Of a stretch of DNA of 64,000 bases, positions 24,770 to 37,964 are shown piece by piece. The stretch is from Eledone cirrhosa (lineage: Eukaryota). Where the stretch lies: contig OZ024742.1 in assembly GCA_964016885.1 (NCBI GenBank), forward strand, positions 356,872,001 to 356,936,000, read 5' to 3'. Position 1 is the first letter of the stretch. Each line of letters opens with the position of its first letter. The notes beneath the pieces were generated by a model, which ran no database searches, was not told the origin of the DNA, and was given only the letters and a program-made list of their open reading frames with translations. A program made the translations under genes and the position numbers.

Positions 24770-25070
24770 GGGGTGCTGTATTAACATACAACATTTCTGG
24801 GGCATTTAAAACCTAGCAGAGCCTATATCATCTCCCAGACTGAATACAGCTGATTTCTTCCAGAAAAAGATAAAGAATGAGAGAATGGAAGTGAGAAAGA
24901 GATATAGAAGAAGAATTCACCCCAATACTAGAGTGGTACTTTTTTTATTGACCTCAAATGGATGAAAGGCAAAGTTGACCTCAGCAGGATTTAAACTCAG
25001 AGAGCAGAGAGCCAAAATTTATATTGCAAAGCATTCTATATAACATTCTAATGCTTCTGCCATTTTGCAG
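24770..25070 (-). mobile_element. Nin/Deu-type SINE plus associated repeat
   Basis: ggtacttttttttattgacc.caaa.ggatgaaaggcaaagttgacctcagcaggatttaaactcag is the reverse complement of the SINE body. Confidence 0.75.
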
Positions 25071-25294
25071 CCTACATGTAAGATATGTCAGTAATAAATT
25101 GTTTAATTATCCTAACAGTTTTGTTATTACAAATATATTTCATCACAATCTTTCACTGAATTCTGTTGACAAGATGAGATAATTTTATCAGCTCTATAAA
25201 GTTGATGTACTTGTTGGAGTTTTGTTGGTGGCATTTTAACTTATTTAGCCAAAATATGATAACATGTATACTGACCCAAATCAGTTGTGGAAAG

Positions 25295-25584
25295 GAGGGC
25301 CAGATTTAATGGGGGCAACTGCCTCAGCCCCCTTGCTATTCGGGACACCACCAGTGATGGCTGTAGCAATTTATTTGTGCCCTTAGCTGGGCTTTCTAGT
25401 TTTGGGATGGTTAGAATTTTTGAATTTAATACCAGTATATATAATTTTTCAATTCCAATTACCTGCACCAAGCTAACTTTGATATGTAAAATTGGGGGTT
25501 TGCTTAGTATTCTAATTGTTTGTGTATGAGGGGCTCCCCAAATCTGAAGTGCCCCAGGAGCCCCAAGTTCTAAATCCAACCCTG
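25295..25584 (-). mobile_element. hAT-like MITE (CAGGG..GGATTTA termini)
   Basis: Ends gagggccagattta / taaatccaaccctg; inverted homologue at 55954-56249. Confidence 0.6.
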
Positions 25585-25689
25585 GTGGGGGGCAGGTTGA
25601 TACCGTAACACACAAGTTTTATTGAAGTGTTTTAGTAGAATGAGAGGCCCAAACATGTCAGCTATTCATAAATCTGATATAATTGTTTC

Positions 25690-25862
25690 TACTGTTGGCA
25701 CAAGGCCAGCAATTACCCAGTGCATTACTGGTACTTTATTTTATCGACCATGTAAGGATGAAAGGTAAAGTTAACCTCGACGCGATATGAACTCTGACCG
25801 TAAAGGGCCGTAACTCTTTACTGCAAAGCATGGCATCAGACCCTCCACCGATACTGCCAAAT
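25690..25862 (-). mobile_element. Nin/Deu-type SINE
   Basis: Reverse complement of the 10688-10880 family (ttggcacaaggccagcaatta...ggatgaaaggtaaagttaacctcg...ccgatactgccaa). Confidence 0.85.
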
Positions 25863-26538
25863 GATATAGTGAGAGTTGCATGATAGTCTCTTAACATATA
25901 CAGTTTAAAAATAGATAAAAAATAACTTTTTAAATTGAATGATAAAATGAAATTCAAATTTTTCAGGGATTTCATCTTTTTATTATGTAAGATTAATTAT
26001 TTTGATCAATCGGTAACTGAAGCATAGAATTTTCAATTTTGGTTCTAATTTCAGATTTTACAGCTCCTATTGAAATATTGAACATAACTTCTTTTATAAA
26101 TGTGTATCACAGCTGTGAAACTAATTTTAGAATTATTAATTTAATTCAATTATAGTTTTTAATCTGTTTTTACCAAATATTTTAATCAAATAAACTAAGC
26201 AGACTAATCAATGAAATCCTGACCTGAATCAAAGAAGTCAAACAATGTCTTCTGTTTACAGCTACATTTACATGGACGAAGAGAATTAGCTTAAACTCTT
26301 ACAACATAGAAAATAAATATATATCATATTTTAAACTATACATACTAAACAAACACACACACATATATACAGACATATATACACATATATATACACACTC
26401 ACATATATATACAACATTATATATATATATGATTATGCAATCAACACATGTAGATGGTTATAAAATAGTGCAGAAATATATGTAAAAGATTGAAAACTCA
26501 ATAAATTTCTTCTTTTGACCACTTCTTCTAACCTAGTT

Positions 26539-26589
<51 letters not shown>

Positions 26590-26592
<3 letters not shown>

Positions 26593-27555
26593 TCATCATC
26601 GTTTAAAATCCATCTTCCATGCTAGCATGGGTTTAGATGGGAATTGTCCTACTTGAGGCAAGATTGGTCGGGTGACCATGTCTCACTCGTATAAGAATGT
26701 CTGGCAGGTTTTCTACGGCTGAGTGCCCTTCCTAACAGCAACCACGTTTACAGTGTGGACTGGGAGGGTTTTACCATGTTACCTACATGGCCACATTACA
26801 GCGTGGACTGTGTGTTATTTTTGTTGTGACACCTACACAATATCATATATTTTGGACAGATTGTTGTGGTACCAACATAACTTTACAGAGAGAGTGTGGT
26901 GTTGGTGGGAGTGGGGGTGGAGTAGGGGTAGTGAGATGGGGTGTATATTTGGTTAAGAGGTGCCTAATGACTGTAGGTTTCACTTTGTATATAGGCAAGG
27001 CGGGTCTTCTGAATTACTGCGTAGCGCCAAAGATCTTGGTCCAGTGACATTGTCTTAGAGAGGTGTAAGTGTGTAAGGTCGGAATTTATCAAATCGTCCC
27101 AGGTTTATATGGGTCTGCTTACTCAGTAATTTCCATCAATTTTGATCGCCCTGCACTCTTTTATACAACTGTCATCTTTCATGCACATCACATGAGCATA
27201 CCAATGTAGTTTTCTCTCGAGTAAACAGCATCTGATCCCTCTTATTCCCAATTTCTAACTTAGTTCAGTTATGCTTTGCTGTTCACGTATATTACTATTA
27301 CACATCCAAAGGAGCATGGATGTTTCATTCCTCTCCAGACTGTGCAGATCCTCTGCACACAATGCCCAAATCTCACTGTCATGTAACATTGCTGTTCGTA
27401 TGCAGGCATGATACAATCTGTCTTTCATTTTTAGAGAGAAACCTTTTGTGGCCAATAGCGGTATAAACTCTCTGAACTTTTTCCATCCTGTTCTGACTCT
27501 GGCTACGGTACTTTCAGAGCACCCTCCACCACAGCTGATTTTGTCACCCAGGTAA
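26590..27555 (-). mobile_element. 5'-truncated, diverged RTE copy
   Basis: Encodes GFSLKMKDRLYHACIRTAMLH.SE.WALCAEDL; RTE 3' UTR and (GAT)n tail abutting (TA)n. Confidence 0.9.
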
Positions 27556-28289
27556 TGCTGTAGTTTGCTTTATGCATTGTATATAATATATAATGTTGAA
27601 AGAGATAAAAGGCTAAACAATGCAACGTAAGATGAGGTACCGAAAAGTAAGTTGCCTGGTAATATTTTTTTTTTTTTTTTTTTTTGTCATTGTTGTTCTT
27701 CTTTTATCTGTCCAATATTTTGGGACCTAAAAGTCCCTTCAGCAGGGTTGAAGGAACCTGCAGTGGATAATCTTCCAATTCCCTCTCTTTGGGATCAAAT
27801 TTTGATTTTGATTATAATTTTTTCTAAGTCGTTTTCAAGTGTTTTTGATGGTTACTTCGCTTTCCACATGAATGATGTCAATTGCCGGTATAGTATTTCG
27901 CGAAATCAATTTTCTTTTTGTATGAGATGTTTAGTTTGTTTTCATATACATAAAAATAACCCCGTCCACCCAGTGAAACAGTTGTGCTTCATTGCGTCAA
28001 ATTAGAAATTTATAAATTACTGTTCTTTGTTCAATTACCTATGCACATAAGGAGATAAATAAGACAGGGCAGATTGCCCATAATCCTTCATCCCTACCTA
28101 AAATGTGTCTGGTAAGAAGAAGGTAACCTCTGACCAAAGACCTGATCCATATGCTTCCAACAGATTAAACTTTGGCAAAGGCTCTCAAAGTTTAGTTGGT
28201 TGTCTTAAACCTGGTGACAGATTAATGTTACCACCAAGAACTCAATTAAAAGAACTTGATCATATTGATATATTCCTCCTCTATACACA

Positions 28290-28400
28290 TGCATGCATGT
28301 ATGTTTGTCTGTGTGTATATCATGACTCTAACACTGTTAAGTTCCTGACATTTGTACATTATTCTATGCATTATACATGCACATTTCATCTGCACCGTAT
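28290..28400 (+). mobile_element. CR1 3' UTR remnant
   Basis: tatcatgactc..acactgtt...cctgacatttgtacattattctatg.a.tatacatgcac matches the reverse complement of 36870-36935. Confidence 0.6.
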
Positions 28401-28477
28401 GCAATCATTTTCATTATTTTCATTAGATGGTATTACTTCTGATGCTCTAACCACTCTGGACATCCGCGACCAGGGAC

Positions 28478-28570
28478 TAGTCATTTATTTCATTGACCTA
28501 AAAGGATAATATATTCAAAGTGGACCATGGCAGGATTTGAACTAAGAGAACATAGAGCAGGAACAAACAC
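28478..28570 (-). mobile_element. SINE remnant
   Basis: tttatttcattgacctaaaaggat...aaagtggacc..ggcaggatttgaact. Confidence 0.55.
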
Positions 28571-29129
28571 TGCACGTGTTGTTTTCTCAATCATCCCACT
28601 ACGTATATTTGTTACCGGTCACATCACTTTCTCTCATGTCTTTAATGAAGGGTTCATGTCTTTAATGCAAAATATTCAAGTGCAAACAAGCTCCACATAT
28701 ATATGTATGCATATTTTATTACTCTATATCTATTGAGATAATCCTTGATTCATGAGTCACTTTTAGTCAGCTAAATTAACTGGGTTGGCTTGTAGCCACT
28801 GCAAGATAGATTTGTCATCATACTCCTAGACAACAAAAACCAACTCTGAACCAACATTAAAAAACAGTTGCTTCCAGAATGACACATCAATAATAGTTCT
28901 TCTTGGAACTTAACCAGTTAAATATAACAACACATATCTTAAGATCAACTAACAACTTATATCTCATGGGCAAGGTCTTGTGAACAATTTTTCTTGCTTG
29001 CTAGATATATTTATTTAATCACCGTGTCTCAAAAGGACTTTACCATTTTGGTTGAAATTTTATAATTGATTCTGTAATGCACCATCTTCGGCATTTGGTA
29101 ATCAGATGTAAAAGCCAAATTCACTCTCT

Positions 29130-29430
29130 TCAATTTGGTATTCATGCCAACCCTTACCTATGGTCATGAATCTTGGGTAATGATCAAAACAGTATGATCA
29201 CAACTACAAGCGGCCAATATGGGGTTTCCTCCAATGTGTCTTTGGAGTAACATTACTCAATAGAGTGTGTAGCTCATAGATCAGAGAGTCATTCCAGGTA
29301 GAGCCACTATACTCTAAATTGAGAGATCACAGCTCTGATATATGGTTAGAATGTCTCAGAAATGAACCACTGCTGGCAGGAGACTTGGGGGTAGACCCTG
29401 AGCAAGAGGGTTAGATAACATCCATGAGGG
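29130..29430 (+). mobile_element. Old RTE-type LINE C-terminal fragment (second family)
   Basis: FMPTLTYGHESWVM..RSQLQAANMG...IRESFQVEPL..IERSQL; homologous to 31180-31720. Confidence 0.75.
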
Positions 29431-30239
29431 AAATATATTTGATCATTATCAGGTATTTTGTTTTAATTTTTTAATAAAATTTTATAAGATACTCAACGAA
29501 TTATGTAGTCTTACTTTCAGTGTAGATTGTCTCTAGTTCTCTGTTTTGATATGTCTTAGTGCACACTTATCTGTGTTTGAATATATTTCAATCACTTTCT
29601 TATAATGTTTTCACCTATATTGAGTTCCAGCAGAGAGCAGGATAAGGGAGCAGTGTCTTGATAATGACCAGAGTCAGAAACGATGATTTGCATCAGTTAC
29701 CCGCCCTTGTTTCTGCTGGAATCTGCTACATGGTGCTACATCATCAGTTTCCAATATTCATAGTTGAAGTCTTTCAAATGTTTATTCATAAATATGCAGT
29801 ATATTGATAGATATACAAAATACACACACACATATATATATATTTTTTAAAATGAAACTAATTCGAACATAAGTAATATAAACTGGATTTAGAACTGACA
29901 TTGTGTCATTTAGTTTATTAAGGTATAGGGTCATTACTTGAGTCTGTCCTCATGTATTGTATCTAAAATAAATCAAATAAATATAATCCATTTCTCTAAT
30001 TCGTACTCCTGTAATGATTTCAGCCAAGCACTGTAAACTAACTGAACATTTATCAATGAAACAGAGCAGCATCTATTTGTAGGGATATGTTGTACAAGTC
30101 TGCGGTATTGATTTACAGCAAGGTTGGCTGAACCATCCAACTAGTAAAATATATTGACAGCAAACAAAACAGAACTCTATATTGATGATGGTATAAGAAT
30201 GGTAGAGACTTCAGCAAGAAGTCTTATCAAAATTTTATC

Positions 30240-30475
30240 TGACAGGCGTATAGATGATGATTGCAGGGTGAAGAAGTGCTGAGAAATGCCAGTGGAAGGA
30301 AGCCACAGTAGAGGAAGATCAAGGAAGACCTGAGCAGCAGAGGGAGTGAGAGTTGATGTTAACATGCTGAACCTCAGAGAGAGGGTAACAAAAGAACAGG
30401 AAGAGTGGAGAGATGCTGTGCTGGAAAAGAAATGGAAGCATGGAAATATGGTGGAAATATTTACATAAAATGATT
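30240..30475 (+). mobile_element. Old RTE 3' end remnant
   Basis: DDCRVKKC.EMPVEGSHSRGRSRKT resembles the RTE C-terminal GRPRKTW region. Confidence 0.6.
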
Positions 30476-31179
30476 ATGAGAATATAAACAGTAAAAAGTG
30501 AAAAGTAGGGAAAATAATAAAAGAAATTTTTTTAAATGTCCAATAATAAAGACTGAAAATGTGAAGAAGTAGAATTCAAGTGGAAGCTAGTTGCAGTAGA
30601 AGACCATGGAGATCTGGACATAGGTAGTGAGAGTTTATTTGAAAAAAGTTGAACCTCACAGAGATGATGTAGGAATGAAATGAATTCTATGCTGAAAAAG
30701 AACTGAAAAAGAATTCTATGCTGAAAAAGAACTGTCCAACTATAGCAAGCATGAAAAAAAAAAAAAAAATGTAAAATGGTGCTGATTATGTGATATCTTT
30801 TATTTTTATTTATACCAAATATAGATATAGTTGTTCACAGTTGTATAAATATCGTTACAGATACAGAATAAAAATATAAACACATATAGAAAATGTAATT
30901 AATTATTGTTATGAACATCCAAAATATAATACACAAAAATATATCAAATATAATACAGAAAAAGGGGAAGCAAAAACAAGCACAAAAACAACCATCAATT
31001 CACCACCCAGTGTGACAATTGGCTGTACATCATAAGGATAAAATGAACACTTTGATGCAAGCCAACACACTCACAATATTACCACGGGTGATAGCAAGGC
31101 ATGTATATGAATGTTACAAGTTATGTTTATCTGTAGACTAAGAAAACCATTATAATGCTGGCTAAAATATTATCAATTC

Positions 31180-31780
31180 AGAATTCATGCCAACTCTCTT
31201 ACCTATGGTCATGAAACTTGGGTAATGACCAAAAGAATATGATTGCGAATACAAGTGGCTGAAATGGAGTTCCTCCAAAAATTCCTGGGAGTAATGGTAC
31301 TTGATACAGTGTGTAGCTTGGAGATCAGATAATCAGTCCAACATATTCTCTGATTTGAGAGATCACAGCTCTGATACTGTGGGTATATGGTTAGAATGTC
31401 TCAGGAAAGAATGTGTAACTCGGAGATCAGAGAGTCACTCCAGGTAGAGCCACTACTTCTCCGAATTGAGAGATGACAGCTCCAACACTATGGAGTCGTG
31501 GTTCGAATGTCTCAGGAAATAATTGTTGAAAGAGATTTTATGGACAAAATCAACTGGCAAAGAGATCCAGATGTAGACACCCAAGGAAGATGGTTGGATA
31601 ACATCCATGAGCTTGGCTGGTCTCACTTGGGGATTCAGCCAGATCAGATGGAGTCAGTTGCTTCTAATAAGACACACAAGAAGAAATGTTTGAGAACTCT
31701 GACCCATGACTCTGTTGTGAATAAGTGGTTGAAGAAGAAGGATGTGATGATGATTGATGACGATGATGACGATGATGAGG
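31180..31780 (+). mobile_element. Old RTE-type LINE 3' fragment with internal duplication and (GAT)n tail
   Basis: FMPTL.YGHETWVMTKRI..RIQVAEMEFL...EIRESLQVEPLLLRIER..VVRMSQE; gatgatgac tail. Confidence 0.75.
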
Positions 31781-32259
31781 CGGTGGAGGAAATGAAAAAG
31801 AGAAAAAGAAGGAGAAGAAGATACAAAATAATGACGGAAGTCTTCAAGATGTGATGCAACAATATGGCGCTACTCCTTCTGTCACTATATATCAAGTCAA
31901 AGATGATTACTAACATATCTGTTAAGTGTGCTAAAATAGAGTATTGTACATATATTTCAGCTTACTTATTAGATTTTATTGTTCAATTTAAGAAACCGTA
32001 TTAGAAGAAGAATAGCTTATTATAGGAATAGGTTTTTGCACTCAACTAGCATTCAGTCACACTTAAGTGAATTTGATAATATTACCAATTTCTGTAATTG
32101 ATGACAAATCAGATCTTTTAAAGATAATGCAAGAATTGATGCATATATTTTTTTTTCTGTGGGGTATAATTTCGTTATCCAATAAACCTAAAATGATACT
32201 GTCTAAAACACTTAGCATATGTCTCATGAGAGTTAAGAAGAGTCAGGTAAGAAAACACA

Positions 32260-34319
<2,060 letters not shown>

Positions 34320-34322
<3 letters not shown>

Positions 34323-36090
34323 TTGTTATACTTTGGGAGGATCATGTTGCCAATAAGAAACACACACACCAGTTGCTTTCACTTCAATTTATTATAATAA
34401 ATTTATAAATTTATAAATTTCTGGTTGGTTGGTTGGTTCCACAACCAGATAGTTGTTTATATATTGTCAAAGTTCTTTCGTCACACACTCTGTGACCTCT
34501 TCAGTGACTGGGGATTCTTTTCTTTGTTTTTGTGCCTCTCCTTTGTTCTGTCCTACGCCATTTTGTTTCTGTGTGTGTGTTGTGTGCTCAGTCTGCGCAT
34601 GCGCCACATCCGGGTGTCTGTGTGTGTTTATATTAGTTTATTTATTTGTTTATTTACATGTTACCGGTTGGTTGTTTGTTCTATGTGCGTGTGTGTTTTC
34701 ATTTTGTCCTTAATTATAAGTTGTGATGTTGTTGTTCCACTCGTATTTTCTATTTAATTTTGGTTGTAATTCTTTTATGTTTATTGCCTCTGTGATTTGT
34801 CTAAACATTGCGCCTTTTCTGTGTGTAGATTCTATTTTTATTTCTATGTTCTCTAATTTACCCTTATGTTCTATTTTAGCATGTTGGTAGAGTACAGATG
34901 ATTCTTGAAGGTCTCGCCAGTGTTCATTTATCCGTCCCCTACACTACGAGCTGTCTCACCTATGTACACTATATTTTTGTCTCTACATTGTCCTTCAGTA
35001 CATCTTATGCTATACACTACATTTCTAGTTTTACAGTTAATATGTGGGCTTATTTTACACGTTATACATTTCTTATCTATACAAGGGGGTCTTTGAAAAG
35101 GGTATGTCTTGCTAATAAGTGTTTTTACGGAGGTACCTGGTCTTTCTACTATCTTAATATTGAGTTTATGCAAACTCATAAACAGATAAACTCAATATTA
35201 AGATAGTAGAAAGACCAGGTACCTCCGTAAAAACACTTATTAGCAAGACATACCCTTTTCAAAGACGCCCCTGTATAGATAAGAAATGTATAACGTGTAA
35301 AATAAGCCCCCATATTAACTGTAAAACTAGAAATGTAGTGTATAGCATAAGATGTACTGAAGGACAATGTAGAGACAAAAATATAGTGTACATAGGTGAG
35401 ACAGCTCGTAGTGTAGGGGAACTGATAAATGAACACTGGCGTGACCTTCAAGATAGTAAAGAATAATCTGTACTCTACCAACATGCTAAAATAGAACATA
35501 AGGGTAAATTAGAGAACATAGAAATAAAAATAGAATCTACACACAGAAAAGACGCAATGTTTAGACAAATCACAGAGGCAATAAACATAAAAGAATTACA
35601 ACCAAAATTAAATAGAAAATACGAATGGAACAGCAACATCACAACTTACAATTAAGGACAACATGAAAACACACACGCACATAGAACAAACAACCAACCG
35701 GTAACATGTAAATAAACAAATAAATAAACGAATATAAACACACACAGACACCCTGATGTGGTGCATGCGCAGACTGAGCACACAACACACACACAGAAAC
35801 AAAATGGCGTAGGACAGAAAAAGGAGAGGCACAAAAACAAAGAAAAGAATCCCCAGTCACTGAAGAGGTCACAGAATGTGTGACGAAAGAACTTTGACAA
35901 TATATAAACAACTATCTGGTTGTGGAACCAACCAACCAGAAATTTATAAATTTATTATAATAAATTGAAGAGAAAGCAACTGGTGCGTGTGTTTCTTATT
36001 GGCAACATGACCCTCCCAAAGTATATCAATATCGGTTTCAATACACGATTTCAGATAAAGAATCTTGCTAAACAAATTCAGAAACGAAAT
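34320..36090. mobile_element. Inverted pair of Penelope 3' fragments (GIY-YIG + pLTR)
   Basis: 34320-35178 (minus) and ~35180-36090 (plus) both encode KLNIKIVERPG...NVVYSIRC...YIGETARS and a pLTR with hammerhead (34466-34508, 35856-35898). Almost no spacer. Confidence 0.93.
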
Positions 36091-36135
36091 ACATATATAT
36101 ATATATTTATACATATATGTATATATATATATCCA

Positions 36136-36191
<56 letters not shown>

Positions 36192-36202
36192 TGTATATAT
36201 AC

Positions 36203-36361
<159 letters not shown>

Positions 36362-36365
36362 TACA

Positions 36366-36423
<58 letters not shown>

Positions 36424-36469
36424 TACATATAAATAAATATATACATATATATAAATAAATATATAAACA

Positions 36470-36768
36470 GACTAACTAAAGATGACGTAGAAAATACAAT
36501 GCAACGGTAGGAAACTATAGCACCACTGACGATGTTGCAGATGGGCAACAAAAGAACTTTGATAAACTATAGATATGTGTTTGTGTCTATATTGTATCTG
36601 TATTATTTTTGACCGTTGGTCAGTCAATGGCAACATTGAGGACCGAATAAATTAGATTACTGATATAAAAGACACTGAAGTGAAAAGCGAAAACCAACCA
36701 AACAGTGAGTGTGTTCTGTTATTAATTCTGGCAATATTACACAAATATGGCCTTCCCCAAGTATAACA

Positions 36769-36772
<4 letters not shown>
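36470..36772 (+). mobile_element. Old, diverged Penelope pLTR (related subfamily)
   Basis: ccaCTGACGAtgttgc..gcaac aaaagaactttga; ctgaagtgaaa...ggcaatat...ccaagtataacaatat|(TA)n. Confidence 0.6.
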
Positions 36773-36797
<25 letters not shown>

Positions 36798-36827
<30 letters not shown>

Positions 36828-37425
36828 AATTATTGTGTACAGTGCTCAGGTGAACTACAACTCATCAAAGGTGCATGTATAGTACATAGAATAATGTACA
36901 AATGTCAGGAAAATAAACAGTGTACGAGTCATGATATAATAATAATAACAATAATGAAATATTGTGTACAGTGCCCAGGTGCACCACAACTCATCAAAAA
37001 AGTGCATGTACAGTACATAGGGCAATGCACAAACATCAGTAAAATGAATAGTGCACGAGTCATGATACACACATGTGTGCATGTGTATGGAAGGGGTACA
37101 TCAGGTGTAGTTTTGGCGTATTTCGGGAAGCATGAGTGTCTTAAAGGATGCAGTGTCTCGGCAGCTAACAATTGACGCAGGCAGTTTGTTCCATGCTTCA
37201 GCAACTCTGAGCGTGAAAAAATGTCTACGAAAGTCATGGGAGCTGTGCTGTTTTCTGATCTTGTAGGCATGCCCACGTGTGTTAGACACATGGAGATCAA
37301 AGAGGCGCTCAGGGTTGCAATTGGCGAGATGGTTAAAAACTTTGTGGGTATTCACCAAGTCCATTGCCAGACGTCGGAGCTTCAATGAATCCATGCCCAG
37401 GGAAGCAAGGCGTTCAGAGTATGGT
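36798..37425 (-). mobile_element. CR1-type LINE 3' fragment with duplicated 3' UTR and (ATT)n tail
   Basis: PYSERLASLGMDSLKLRR...TRGHAYKIRKQ...RHFFTLRVAEAWNKLP, a typical CR1 C-terminus. Confidence 0.9.
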
Positions 37426-37471
<46 letters not shown>

Positions 37472-37683
37472 CGTTTCTGAATTTGTTTAGCAAGATTCTT
37501 TATCTGAAATCGTGTGTTGAAACCGATATTGTTATACTTTGGGAGGGTCATGTTGCCAATAAGAAACACACGCACCAGTTGCTTTCACTTCAATTTATTA
37601 TATATTTATAAATTTACAAATCTACAAACTTATAAATTTCTGGTTGGTTGGTTGGTTCCACAACCAGATAGTTGTTTATATAT

Positions 37684-37728
37684 AGTCATAGTCCTTTCCT
37701 CACACACTCTGTGACCTCTTCAGTGACT
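37684..37728 (-). ncRNA. Hammerhead-like motif in 3' pLTR (duplicate at 41972-42016)
   Basis: AGUCA-CUGAAGA-g-GUCACA gagug UGUGAG-GAAA-GgaC-UA-UGACU; one mismatch at the base of stem II. Confidence 0.55.
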
Positions 37729-37964
37729 GGGGATTCCTTTATTTGTTTCTGTGCCTTTCCTTTCTTCTATCCTACGCCATTTTGTTTCTGTGTGTGTGTT
37801 GTGTGCTCAGTTTGCGCATGCACCACATCCGGGTGTCTGTGTGTGTTTGTGTTCATTTATCTATTTGTTTATTTATTTATTTATTTATTTATTGTTGGTT
37901 GGTTGTTTGTTCTATGTGTGTGTGTGTGTTTTCATTTTGTCCTGTGTGTGTTTTCATTTTGTCC

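Noticed and set aside
27600-28010. Possible decayed retroelement 3' fragment
   Set aside because: No diagnostic motif recovered.
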